Of a DNA stretch of 64,000 nucleotides, positions 1 through 8,796 are shown piece by piece. The stretch is taken from assembly GCA_963797095.1 (NCBI GenBank), contig CAWCNY010000002.1, positions 864,001-928,000 on the forward strand, written 5' to 3'. Position 1 is the stretch's first letter; every line of letters starts with the position of its first letter. The notes beneath the pieces are model-generated. The model saw only the letters and a list, made by a program, of their open reading frames with translations. It made no database searches and was not told the origin of the DNA. Source of the stretch: an uncultured Chloroflexia bacterium. Its GTDB lineage: Bacteria; Chloroflexota; Chloroflexia; QHBQ01; JADMIH01. Position numbers and translations under genes: made by a program.

Positions 1-75
1 GGTGGTTTGGAGGATGGCCTGGTCGGCCTCGGAGCTCCGAGGCCGACCCGCTGTTTTCTGGGTGATCGTGGTCAT
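1..75 (-). CDS. TetR/AcrR family transcriptional regulator, N-terminus only (runs off window edge)
   Basis: Reverse strand from ATG at 75 reads MTTITQKTAGRPRSSEADQAILQTT, a typical TetR GRPR..D.AIL start; directly downstream of the permease; too short for the ORF track. Confidence 0.75.
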   Translation of the reverse strand, partial: MTTITQKTAGRPRSSEADQAILQTT

Positions 76-105
76 GTTGTAGTATATCAACTTCCGATCT
101 GCTAA

Positions 106-1245
106 TCATACAGAATGTACAGGCTGGGGTGGTCGCTGGCGGCTAGGTATGAACGAGAGGCGTGCAATTCCTCCAGCGAAGATGAGCAATCCTGCCCCCG
201 CCAGGAGAGCCAGCCCAAGCGTCATATCGGGTGTGGTGCTCCCACCGATCAGGATGTTGCGGATGCCTTCCACCATGTAGCGCAACGGCGAGAAATCGGC
301 CAGCCAGCGTACAACATCTGGAGCGAACGACGGCGGGTACGAAGCGCCTGACACGGGCTGCTGTACGAAAAGCCCGATCAGGCCGAGCGCTGCTCCAAGC
401 TCCAGTCCGAACAGCCTTATCATTCCCTGGACAAGCCATGCCGAAGCCAGCAATCCGATCCAGAGGAAGGCGGCCAATCCCACGAAGTCGATGTCCCAGC
501 GCCACATGAAGAGCGCGATATCAAGGGTAATAACCACTGCCACGATAAGCGCGCCAATCGCGCTCACGCCCAGCTCAACCAACCCTCCTTGCATCGCGCT
601 GACCCCCTGCGTGCGGCGCAAACTAGCGCCCGCCCGAGATAGCAAAACAGAGAAGGCAAGTGTAGCGATCCAGATAGGCAGCACCAGCACGGCAGGGATC
701 ACCGAGAATCGGAAATCTGCGGCTGTAGCTACCGTGGCAACCACCGTCGTTACCAGCGGCTGCGAGGGCTGCCCGCCCAGCATCCCAGGCAGGGAAGCAT
801 CCAGATTTGCGGATAGCTGGCTGGCGATATTGGTCATGAACAGGCCAGTGAATTGATCGCTGGCGTCCGACTTGACTATCGTTATCTGCACAGGCTGGTG
901 GGCTTGCAAGTCGCGGGTCATGTTCTCAGGGAAGATTATGCCGCCCGATACATGGCGCGAGAGCACGGCGTTTCTCAGGTCGGCCTCCGTGGTATATTGA
1001 ACGGCCTGGACGGGGATCTGATTGTGCAGGCCCCCCGCCAGTTGCCCGCCAACTGACACTGTGCCCTGGGGAGTCTGGACGCCTGCATCAAGAACAGTGA
1101 TACCAATGCTCACCTTATCGATCTGCGTCGATGGATCGACGGCCAGGGTTAGCGCGAAGAAAAGAAACAGGGTCGGTATTATTACCCAGACAGCGATAGC
1201 GAGCTTCGCCTCGCGCTGGGCAAAGAGCATACGAAGAGCGGACAT
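106..1245 (-). CDS. YhgE/Pip-like ABC-2 type membrane protein (permease)
   Basis: N-terminal TM, extracellular loop, several C-terminal TMs, FSPLRYMVEGIRNIL ABC-2 motif; AGGAGG RBS before ATG 1245. Confidence 0.75.
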   Translation of the reverse strand: MSALRMLFAQREAKLAIAVWVIIPTLFLFFALTLAVDPSTQIDKVSIGITVLDAGVQTPQGTVSVGGQLAGGLHNQIPVQAVQYTTEADLRNAVLSRHVSGGIIFPENMTRDLQAHQPVQITIVKSDASDQFTGLFMTNIASQLSANLDASLPGMLGGQPSQPLVTTVVATVATAADFRFSVIPAVLVLPIWIATLAFSVLLSRAGASLRRTQGVSAMQGGLVELGVSAIGALIVAVVITLDIALFMWRWDIDFVGLAAFLWIGLLASAWLVQGMIRLFGLELGAALGLIGLFVQQPVSGASYPPSFAPDVVRWLADFSPLRYMVEGIRNILIGGSTTPDMTLGLALLAGAGLLIFAGGIARLSFIPSRQRPPQPVHSV

Positions 1246-1284
1246 TTGTGAACCTCCTGCGAGTAATTTCATTGACGATCATGA

Positions 1285-1335
1285 AACGAAACGACACTGT
1301 ATCGTAACTATATACCAAATCGTATCACCTGTCAA
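1285..1335 (-). promoter_or_regulatory. sigma70 promoter TTGACA-17-TATAGT with adjacent imperfect palindrome (putative TetR operator)
   Basis: Reverse complement TTGACA (1335-1330), TATAGT (1312-1307), then CGATACAGTGTCGTTTCG. Confidence 0.65.
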
Positions 1336-1370
1336 GAGGTTCAAAGCACCAATTTCAGCCCTTTTCTCAG

Positions 1371-1405
1371 CCAGGAACCAGGAACCAGGAATTTGGAACT
1401 TGGAC
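1371..1405. repeat. heptamer tandem array (CCAGGAA)3 TTTGGAA CTTGGAC
   Basis: Read directly from sequence. Confidence 0.8.
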
Positions 1406-1638
1406 CTCATGAAGAAACCACCCGAATGGCCCTTGTAAAGCATCAATTCCGCCCGCATTATTAGTACAAATATTCTAAATTCATGCACGGGGGCCTATGA
1501 CATTTGATTACGTCACATTTGTGAATACCACAATTGGGCTAACAGGCGTCTGCTCGATGGGCCGAGAAAATACCTCAAGGAGAACTTATGAGCCACAAGC
1601 TGCCCAACGGGACTTGCTTTGGATTTGCTCTAGACTTG

Positions 1639-1700
1639 CCCTCACTTACTAAATGGCATTGGTGGGACAAAACTGGACAGGTTTTGGGGTGTACTTTGGT
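1639..1700 (-). promoter_or_regulatory. conserved promoter-like motif, copy 1 (AAAGTAC-N4-CAAAACCTRTCC-N20/21-TWTAGT)
   Basis: Matches 31191-31271 (+) and 49855-49912 (-). Confidence 0.55.
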
Positions 1701-1821
1701 ACAGTTTTAGGGTCTTTCGGACAAGGAGGCGGCTCGGGTCGCGTAGAGGGCTAGAGTAGTGTAATATAGGCGCGATGGCATACGATGTTTGCCGGATTTC
1801 CTATGCAAGAAGGAGAGAAGC

Positions 1822-2493
1822 ATGATTAGCCAGGCCCCTAGAGACACAGGTTCGCATAAGGCTTTGCTGCCCTATGAGATAGATTCGGAACAACGCCGCG
1901 TATATGACCGGCGGGTTGCGACGTGGCCTCTGAGGCTGGCAAGTATATTGATTGGTATTCTCTGGCTGACCAACATGGGCTGGCGGCTGCCCTGGAACGA
2001 TTTTGTGACGCCTGGCGAGCAGGTGAACGGAGCGGAAGTAAACACAGTGCAAACCGATAAGCAGCCGGGGCCATTCGTGGATAACGGCAATGGCCTTTAT
2101 CACTGGCTGACGCTGATGGCGCAATATGGCAACAATGGGCCGGTGCCGGGGTTTGGAGATGCGATCAAGAATGTGGTGCTGCCCAACTGGCGGCTCTTCG
2201 GGTGGATCAGCTTCTTCTGGGAGGGCGCAATCGTGGTCTCTTTAATCCTGGGCTTGCTCAGCAGAGTTGGAGGGTTCCTCAGCCTGATCCATGGTGCGAT
2301 CCTCTACCTGGGGGTAGGGCAGGTGCCTGGGCAGTGGACATGGTCCTATGTAATGTTAGCCGCATTCGGATTCGTCTTTATGTTTACGGGGGCTGGGAGG
2401 TTCCTCGGGCTGGACCAGTTGATCCGGCCCAAGCTGCGCGAGTTGATGGGGATGGGGCGCGAGGGACTGAGATGGCTGTATACGTTGACGTGA
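1822..2493 (+). CDS. DoxX/TQO small subunit (DoxD)-like membrane protein
   Basis: Four TM segments, LRLASILIGILWL and GAGRFLGLDQ motifs; AAGGAG RBS before ATG 1822. Confidence 0.7.
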   Translation: MISQAPRDTGSHKALLPYEIDSEQRRVYDRRVATWPLRLASILIGILWLTNMGWRLPWNDFVTPGEQVNGAEVNTVQTDKQPGPFVDNGNGLYHWLTLMAQYGNNGPVPGFGDAIKNVVLPNWRLFGWISFFWEGAIVVSLILGLLSRVGGFLSLIHGAILYLGVGQVPGQWTWSYVMLAAFGFVFMFTGAGRFLGLDQLIRPKLRELMGMGREGLRWLYTLT

Positions 2494-2498
2494 TCATA

Positions 2499-2544
2499 TG
2501 ACGAGTAACGAGTGACGAGGAGCTATCGACTACCGGCTACTGGC
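2499..2544. repeat. heptamer array TGACGAG-type followed by CTACCGG-type
   Basis: TGACGAG TAACGAG TGACGAG ... CTATCGA CTACCGG CTACTGG just after the stop codon. Confidence 0.7.
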
Positions 2545-2636
2545 CCGAAAGTTGCAAAGTAAGCGCGCATATCTCTGTGTTATAATATTGTGCTTGTTGG
2601 GCGTAATTGGGCACAGATTCTAAAGGAGGGAAATCT

Positions 2637-3476
2637 ATGATCTACATGCAGAAAGCAAAAAAGGGCGTTCTGGCGGCGCTGCTGGTAGGAGTTGGCGTGC
2701 TCGGCCTCGCCGGGTGTGGCGACACCCCCACCGCCACGCCGATCGCTCCCACGGCCACTACTGCTAGCTCTACGGGAGATGTAGCAGCTACAGCCACGAC
2801 CGGCGTTATGGAAGAGCCTACTGCTACCACTGATACCAGCATGACGGAAGAGCCAACCGCTACAACAGGTACGTCTGGCACAGGTGGTGGAGAGGCTATG
2901 GACCTGCTCACCAGATCGGCTGATGCCATGAAGAACCTCAAGAGCTACCATATGTCGATGCAGCTTGAAAGCGCTGGCACAACCACCTCTATCGAAGGCG
3001 ATGTGGAGCTACCTGACAAGTACCGGCTAAATATCGATGCGGGCGGCGGCGTGAGTACCGAGACCATCATTGTAGGAGGCTCCAGCTATACCAAAATGCC
3101 GGGTACAGACCAGTACGTAGCGTCTCCGTTCAACTCCTCACTTCTGGACGCGGCTAATACATCCGATATTGCCGATGTGGCTCAGAATGCCACGGTGGTA
3201 GGAGATGAGACGCTGGATGGCGTAGACACCACACATGTCAAGTACAGCGCCAACGATCCGACCGGCACAAGTGGCGCTACGGGCGATGTAGATGCGTGGA
3301 TTGAGAAGTCGACAGGATACATCCACCAGTATAAAGTCTCATCCAGCGCCGCTGGGGTATCGTCTACGACCACTGTAATGTACTCGAAGTTCAATGAGAC
3401 CATAGATCCTCCAATCGAGAAGCCGGACAATGTAATGGATCCTGGTAACCTTGTGCCTACTGTCTCCGTTCCGTAA
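2637..3476 (+). CDS. LppX/LprAFG-like lipoprotein
   Basis: Lipobox LAGC, Thr-rich linker, LolA-fold style motifs (LKSYHM..., VGDETLDGVDTTHVKY, YSKFNE); AAAGGAGG RBS. Confidence 0.75.
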   Translation: MIYMQKAKKGVLAALLVGVGVLGLAGCGDTPTATPIAPTATTASSTGDVAATATTGVMEEPTATTDTSMTEEPTATTGTSGTGGGEAMDLLTRSADAMKNLKSYHMSMQLESAGTTTSIEGDVELPDKYRLNIDAGGGVSTETIIVGGSSYTKMPGTDQYVASPFNSSLLDAANTSDIADVAQNATVVGDETLDGVDTTHVKYSANDPTGTSGATGDVDAWIEKSTGYIHQYKVSSSAAGVSSTTTVMYSKFNETIDPPIEKPDNVMDPGNLVPTVSVP

Positions 3477-3500
3477 TCCGCACAGAGCTAGCAACTAATA

Positions 3501-3540
3501 AGAAAGCGGGCCGCCTGCGCGCCCGCTTTCTTCCTTTTCC
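3501..3540. terminator. bidirectional intrinsic terminator
   Basis: AGAAAGCGGGC...GCCCGCTTTCT stem between convergent genes, followed by pyrimidine tract. Confidence 0.75.
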
Positions 3541-3553
3541 ATCACTCTCTATT

Positions 3554-5818
3554 TCAATCACTTTGCTGCGGTGCCTCCAATGGCTCCAGGGGCAGCATGA
3601 AATAGAATCCGCTCCCTTTGCCCTCCTCCGACTCAACCCAGATCCGGCCCCCGTGGCGGCTCACTATTTCATGTGAAATATAGAGGCCGAGACCAAGCCC
3701 GCTGAAGGCTGTTGTTGCGACGTTGCGCGCCCGGAAGAAGCGCATAAACACCTGGCTTTGTTGGTCGGCAGGGATGCCCAAACCGTAATCGCGTACCGAG
3801 ACTTTGGCCCTGTTGCCGCCATCTTCGGGTACTACGCTTACTTCTATCCGGCGACTCTCGCCTGAGTATTTGATGGCGTTCTGGATCAGGTTCGTGATTA
3901 CCTGCTCGATGCGGATCCGGTCACCGAATACCGGCGCATTTCTCAAAGGGGTATCGAGCACTATAGTGAAGTCGGGGGCGGTAGGCGCAAGGTCTTCGAC
4001 AGTGCCCTGGACTAGCTCTCGCAGGTCGAAGTGTTCGTAATGAAGCGGAAGAGTATCGCTTTGTATCCGGGAAACCTCAAGCATCTCGTTGATAAGCCTG
4101 GTAAGCCTGTTGGCTTGCTCGTCAATAGTGCCCAGTATGCGGCGAAGCCTTTCGTCGCTTTGTGAGCCTGCCATGCGGAGGGCGAGCTGCGAATAGCCTT
4201 TGATGGTGGTTGTAGGTGTCTTTAGCTCATGCGAGGCCAGCGCGAGGAGGGCATCTTTTTGCTTATCCAATTCGTGCCGCTCGGTAACGTCGATCACAGC
4301 GTTGAGCATGCCCACCACCGCTCCTGAGGCATCAAGCACCGGCCTGAGGTAAATATCGCGATAATAGGTGGTTTCGTCACCTGGGATAGAGTACGGGATA
4401 TCGCTCAGGTCAACCGCTTCGCCTGCCAGCGCTTTATCGTAATAGACACGCCGCTCGGCAAATGCGGGGGCCAGATCATAAAGCACTTTGCCCTGGGCCC
4501 CAATATCCACATTGGTCATACGCGCCCATTCGGTGTTCAGGCTGAGGACCCGGGTCTCTTTGTCGAGAAGAGCCAGCCCAATCGGCATACCTTCGACCAT
4601 TGTTTCCAGGATAGCGCGCTGCGACTCCGTTTGTTCGCGCACCTCGTCTTCAAGTTGCTTGCGCTGGCTCACATCCATCGTGACACCGCGCATACCTATT
4701 GGGTTGCCCTGCTCGTCTTTTATTACGACGTCGGTCGCTTCGACCCACAATGTGCGGCCATCCTTTGTGACCCACCGGAATCTGTTGGTGCCCCCGCCTG
4801 TTTTGTAATTATCGGCGGCGTTCCTGGCTGCCTCTTCTTTATCATCGGGGTGGACGATTGTGAGCCAGAAATTGGGCGTCGCGTGCCACTCTTCGCTGGT
4901 GTAGCCAAGCAATCTCTCAACATACGGGCTTACGAAGTCGATCCTCTGGGTAGCCTCATCGGGTTTGCCCCATGCCTCCCACACAACGCCCGGTACGCTT
5001 GCCATGAGGTCGTTCAGGCGTCTACGTTCGCGTTCCACCTGGACCAGGAGTGTCGCGTTGGCTTGCTCCGCTTCCCTACGTTGAGTTATATCGCGAAAGA
5101 CCATGATCACCCCTGTGATACGGCCTTTGAGGTCGTAAATAGGCGCGGCGCTGTCATCGATGGGCCGCTCGGTGCCCTCCCTGGAGACCAGGATTGTGTG
5201 GTTGGCAAGGCCCATTACCTTATGTTCCCTGAGCACATGTTTGACCGGGTTCTCGGCTGGTGTTCGGGTGTTTTCGTTGATGATGTTGAGAACTTCGCCC
5301 ACCTGCCTGCCCACGGCATCCTGTCGGCTCCAGCCTGTAAGAGTTTCCGCTATGCCGTTTATGAAGGTGATTCGCCCTTCGATGTCCGTGGCGAGGGCTG
5401 CGTCGCCGATACTCGATAGAGTGGCCTCAAGTGTTGCACGTTCCTCGTAGACTCTGTTATCAGCTTGCCTGCGAGCATAGCTCAACCCGTTGATAATTAG
5501 GGTAACCAGCACAAACAGGAACAACTGCAAGTTTGCATCGGGATTGCCCAGCACGAAAGAGTTGTAGGGTGGCAGGAAGAAGTACTCAGCAACTACAGCA
5601 CAGAGGGCGGTGGAGAACAATCCAGGGCCAAGCCCGCCAAGCCAGGCGCTGAGGGCAACCGCCGCGAAGAAGGGTAGAAAAGGGATCTTGTAGGCGAGAT
5701 CGCCAATCGAGAGATGGAAGATCAGTGCAATCGCTACGGACGCACCCGCCAGGCCATAACCCAAGGCTGGGTTCAAATTGCCAAAACGCAGCCAAATTGC
5801 ACGGGAAGTTAGGCTCAT
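3554..5818 (-). CDS. PAS-domain sensor histidine kinase with N-terminal DUF4118-like membrane domain
   Basis: Four TMs, three PAS/PAC regions, H-box ASHELKTP, N-box NLIQNAIKYS, G boxes DYGLGIP and GLGLGLYI. Confidence 0.9.
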   Translation of the reverse strand: MSLTSRAIWLRFGNLNPALGYGLAGASVAIALIFHLSIGDLAYKIPFLPFFAAVALSAWLGGLGPGLFSTALCAVVAEYFFLPPYNSFVLGNPDANLQLFLFVLVTLIINGLSYARRQADNRVYEERATLEATLSSIGDAALATDIEGRITFINGIAETLTGWSRQDAVGRQVGEVLNIINENTRTPAENPVKHVLREHKVMGLANHTILVSREGTERPIDDSAAPIYDLKGRITGVIMVFRDITQRREAEQANATLLVQVERERRRLNDLMASVPGVVWEAWGKPDEATQRIDFVSPYVERLLGYTSEEWHATPNFWLTIVHPDDKEEAARNAADNYKTGGGTNRFRWVTKDGRTLWVEATDVVIKDEQGNPIGMRGVTMDVSQRKQLEDEVREQTESQRAILETMVEGMPIGLALLDKETRVLSLNTEWARMTNVDIGAQGKVLYDLAPAFAERRVYYDKALAGEAVDLSDIPYSIPGDETTYYRDIYLRPVLDASGAVVGMLNAVIDVTERHELDKQKDALLALASHELKTPTTTIKGYSQLALRMAGSQSDERLRRILGTIDEQANRLTRLINEMLEVSRIQSDTLPLHYEHFDLRELVQGTVEDLAPTAPDFTIVLDTPLRNAPVFGDRIRIEQVITNLIQNAIKYSGESRRIEVSVVPEDGGNRAKVSVRDYGLGIPADQQSQVFMRFFRARNVATTAFSGLGLGLYISHEIVSRHGGRIWVESEEGKGSGFYFMLPLEPLEAPQQSD

Positions 5819-6061
5819 TATGTTCCTTCTACATCAAGAGGTCGTGAAGCATGTGTCGCGATTGTGCAGCGATCTGATGATATCGTGATGCCTCTGCATC
5901 CAGGAACGTAAAAAAGACAGGATCGATACCGTGCGGCATACAACAGGCCTGTGCCTGATCGTCATTGCATTTTAGGTATTTGTGCTATTAGTATACGGCT
6001 ATTGTCAATGGGGAGCAGTTCGGATGGGGCGGTTATGCTGCGACCCATCACGAGCAAGCCT

Positions 6062-6562
6062 CTAGACGAGGGTAGCCCGCCCGGCGTCGATCTCCACCTC
6101 GGCTTCTATCTCGACGGGCATATCGAAGGGTAGCTCGGCTACGCCGATTGCAGCGCGGGCATGCTGTCCAACGTAGGGACCATAAAGCTCCACGATAAGG
6201 TCGGAAAAGCCGTTGATAACCGCTGTAGTGCGATTGAAGCCGGGGGCGGCGTTGACCATCCCGAACACGCGCAGCCAGGCGCTTACGCGATCCAGGTCGC
6301 CCAATTCGCGCTTGAGACTGCCGAGGATGGCAAGGGCAGTGAGCCTGGCGGCATTGTAAGCTTGCTCGATTGTGATGTCGGCCCCGACTTTACCGAATGG
6401 CCCGGCGATGGAGCCGTCCTGGGCCTGGGGGCCGTGTCCGGCGATGTACACCCGGTTGCCGCGCACGCGCACCCAACGGAAGGGGAGTTGTAGCCCGGCG
6501 GGAGGAGTGAACGCCTCCGGTAGGACCAGCCCCAACTGTTCCAGATGATTCTCGATCTTCAT
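6062..6562 (-). CDS. RidA/YjgF family protein
   Basis: GNRVYIAGHGP, VINGFSDL, HARAAIGVAELP..PVEIE motifs. Confidence 0.85.
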   Translation of the reverse strand: MKIENHLEQLGLVLPEAFTPPAGLQLPFRWVRVRGNRVYIAGHGPQAQDGSIAGPFGKVGADITIEQAYNAARLTALAILGSLKRELGDLDRVSAWLRVFGMVNAAPGFNRTTAVINGFSDLIVELYGPYVGQHARAAIGVAELPFDMPVEIEAEVEIDAGRATLV

Positions 6563-6734
6563 TCGTGTGTTCCTTTGATTCCGCTTATGTTGATGTATCC
6601 TTTGCTCGCATTGATCTTTGCGCTGTCAGTATATACGCAATGGGTGAGCATGGGTTATCATCTTGTGGGCAGCGTTTATGGTTTGCAACAAAAAAGCCGT
6701 TTGTAACGCATCTCAGCATTAACAACCGGCTGTG

Positions 6735-6809
6735 GGAGCGGGGAAAGGGGCTCGAACCCTCAACATCCAGCTTGGAAGGCTAGCACTCTGCCAATTGAGT
6801 TATCCCCGC
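6735..6809 (-). tRNA. tRNA-Gly (TCC)
   Basis: Reverse complement GCGGGGATAACTCAATTGGCAGAGTGCTAGCCTTCCAAGCTGGATGTTGAGGGTTCGAGCCCCTTTCCCCGCTCC folds as a cloverleaf with anticodon TCC. Confidence 0.95.
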
Positions 6810-6820
6810 GTGGCCCACCA

Positions 6821-6884
6821 ATTATAGCGTATGGGGGGATGCTATGTCAATCGCTTGACACTGCTGAGCGCTATCTGTTACACT
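6821..6884. promoter_or_regulatory. back-to-back sigma70 promoters for the two tRNAs
   Basis: Minus: TTGACA(6850-6845)-18-TATAAT(6826-6821). Plus: TTGACA(6855-6860)-18-TACACT(6879-6884) with TG extension. Confidence 0.75.
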
Positions 6885-6904
6885 ATGAGACGGACGTGTA
6901 CCGG

Positions 6905-6981
6905 GGCGCATTCGTCTAGAGGCCTAGGACACCTCCCTCTCAAGGAGGAGACCAGGGGTTCGAATCCCCTATGCGCTACCA
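6905..6981 (+). tRNA. tRNA-Glu (CTC)
   Basis: GGCGCAT/ATGCGCT acceptor stem, CCTCC-CTCTCAA-GGAGG anticodon arm, GGTTCGAATCC T-loop, encoded CCA. Confidence 0.95.
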
Positions 6982-7016
6982 GAAAGCCCCGCTCAGGCGG
7001 GGTTTCTTCGTTTCTT
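6982..7016 (+). terminator. intrinsic terminator after tRNA-Glu
   Basis: GAAAGCCCCGC-TCAG-GCGGGGTTTC stem plus T-rich tail. Confidence 0.7.
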
Positions 7017-7093
7017 CGGGTCCAGCGCCGGTCATTGACAACGGCCTTGTTTCCCATACCTACTCCCAGCGATATTTATCGTTGGAGGCTTGT

Positions 7094-7897
7094 ATGATAG
7101 ATCGCCAGGTACGCACACAACTCTACTTGAAATACAGCAAAGCAAGCCAATTACCTCTCATGGTATTGGCCTTGTTGATGATCCCTCTATTGCTCGCCCC
7201 CGAATTGTTTGAACTCACTACCAATCAACTCAACTTCATAGATGACCTCGATTGGTTCATCTATGCCTGTTTCGCAACTGATTTTGTCATAAAGATCTAT
7301 CTTGCGCCCTCAATCCGCGAGCACCTGCGCGATAACTGGCTCGATGTTGTAATCGTTGCCTTACCCTTACTCCGACCGCTCAGGTTATTACAGAGCGCCA
7401 GGTTGTTACGTTTGTTGCGGGCCATGCGTCTTGTAGTCTTCGCCGCCGAAGGAACCAGCAAATTGAAGTCGATCCTGGCACGCAGGGGTTTTAGTACCGT
7501 TCTGGGTATTACTATGGTGGTTGTGGTCCTGTGTGCCGCGCTGGTCTATGCTTTCGAGCGTTCGGAAGAGGGCACTATTCAAAGTTTCGGTGATGCTCTC
7601 TGGTGGGCGCTTGCTACTGTAACCACGGTCGGGTATGGCGATGCTGTGCCACACACTCCTGAGGGCAGGGGCATCGCGATCTTCCTTATGCTGGCAGGTA
7701 TTGCCTTCTATAGTATTCTTACCGCAAATATCGCAGCCTTCTTTGTGGGGGCTGATGACGAACATGCCAACAAAGATATGGAGCTAAAACTAGATCTTAT
7801 TCTGCGACGCTTAGACCTTATCGAAGCGTCAATGAACGCGCCTGCCAGGGAGGATGGCGGGTCGAACGATCCTGAAAACAAAGAGCTATCATCATGA
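7094..7897 (+). CDS. voltage-gated potassium channel family protein
   Basis: S4-like RPLRLLQSARLLRLLR, selectivity filter TVTTVGYGD; GGAGG RBS before ATG 7094. Confidence 0.9.
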   Translation: MIDRQVRTQLYLKYSKASQLPLMVLALLMIPLLLAPELFELTTNQLNFIDDLDWFIYACFATDFVIKIYLAPSIREHLRDNWLDVVIVALPLLRPLRLLQSARLLRLLRAMRLVVFAAEGTSKLKSILARRGFSTVLGITMVVVVLCAALVYAFERSEEGTIQSFGDALWWALATVTTVGYGDAVPHTPEGRGIAIFLMLAGIAFYSILTANIAAFFVGADDEHANKDMELKLDLILRRLDLIEASMNAPAREDGGSNDPENKELSS

Positions 7898-7977
7898 TGG
7901 CCTCATTCTAGCGGCTTGCAGGTAGCGGTTGGGGTGGAATGCCTGTATAGGTTACAATGCTTCCGGGAGGGTGTTAC

Positions 7978-8742
7978 ATGGAAGTGAGATTGCTCGGCGC
8001 TCACCAGGGGCAAAGCCGTGAGATCGGGTTTATGTCGATCCTGGTGGATGGGAAGCTGGCGATAGACGCCGGGGGGCTGACCACTGCCCTTACATTGGAG
8101 GAGCAAGAGGGTATCGAGGCTATGCTGGTCACGCACCGGCACTTCGACCACATCAAGGATCTGGTGGGGTTGGCTCATAACAACTGGCAGGTACGAAGCC
8201 TGAACATTTATTGTATAGACGATGTGCGCTCAGCTTTGCGGGCGCATATTTTCAATGATGTGTTGTGGCCCACCATGAGCGTGCAGATGGGACCTCTGTA
8301 TCCACTTACATGGCACAGAGTGGAGATTGGTGTGCCGTTCGAGGTGGTGGGCTATAAGGTGACCGCCATAGAGATGTCGCATACGGTGCCGACGGTGGGG
8401 TATTTTGTAGAACGGGGCGGCAGCAGTTTCTTCTACACGGCGGATACGCGTGGTGATGGCGATCCATCGTGGGCGGGCATAAGGCCCGATCTGCTGATCT
8501 CTGAGACGACGATGGCGAGCGCGAACGAAATGATCGCATATGCCGCCGGGCACATGACGCCGCTATCGCTGGGACGTGAGTTGCGGGCCTTCAAGGAGCA
8601 AGAGGGATATTACCCGAAAACCGTGTGCGTGCACATCAACCCGCACCAGGAGCCGGATGTTGTGCCGGAACTGGGGGCGCTGGCGAAGGAACTAGACGCC
8701 GATATCACGCCGGGGCGCGAAGGTATGGTTTTCAACCTGTGA
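7978..8742 (+). CDS. MBL-fold hydrolase, class II cAMP phosphodiesterase-like
   Basis: LAIDAG, THRHFDHIKDL, HIFNDVLWP, HTVPTVG, YTADT motifs. Confidence 0.8.
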   Translation: MEVRLLGAHQGQSREIGFMSILVDGKLAIDAGGLTTALTLEEQEGIEAMLVTHRHFDHIKDLVGLAHNNWQVRSLNIYCIDDVRSALRAHIFNDVLWPTMSVQMGPLYPLTWHRVEIGVPFEVVGYKVTAIEMSHTVPTVGYFVERGGSSFFYTADTRGDGDPSWAGIRPDLLISETTMASANEMIAYAAGHMTPLSLGRELRAFKEQEGYYPKTVCVHINPHQEPDVVPELGALAKELDADITPGREGMVFNL

Positions 8743-8795
8743 CGATGGACGATAGTTCCAAGTTCCAACTATTGACTACCGACCACCGACCTCGC
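8740..8795. repeat. composite heptamer array (GACGATR)2 (GTTCCAA)2 GACTACC GACCACC
   Basis: Read directly; its reverse complement resembles the 11065-11197 array. Confidence 0.7.
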
Positions 8796-8796
8796 C

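Noticed and set aside
21-48. Perfect 28-bp palindrome GGTCGGCCTCGGAGCTCCGAGGCCGACC as a REP or terminator
   Set aside because: It lies inside the TetR coding start (GRPRSSEAD) and has no second copy in the window.
1588-1710. 40-codon ORF after AAGGAG (MSHKLPNG...)
   Set aside because: No recognisable features, and it runs through the conserved non-coding motif on the opposite strand; it cannot be supported.
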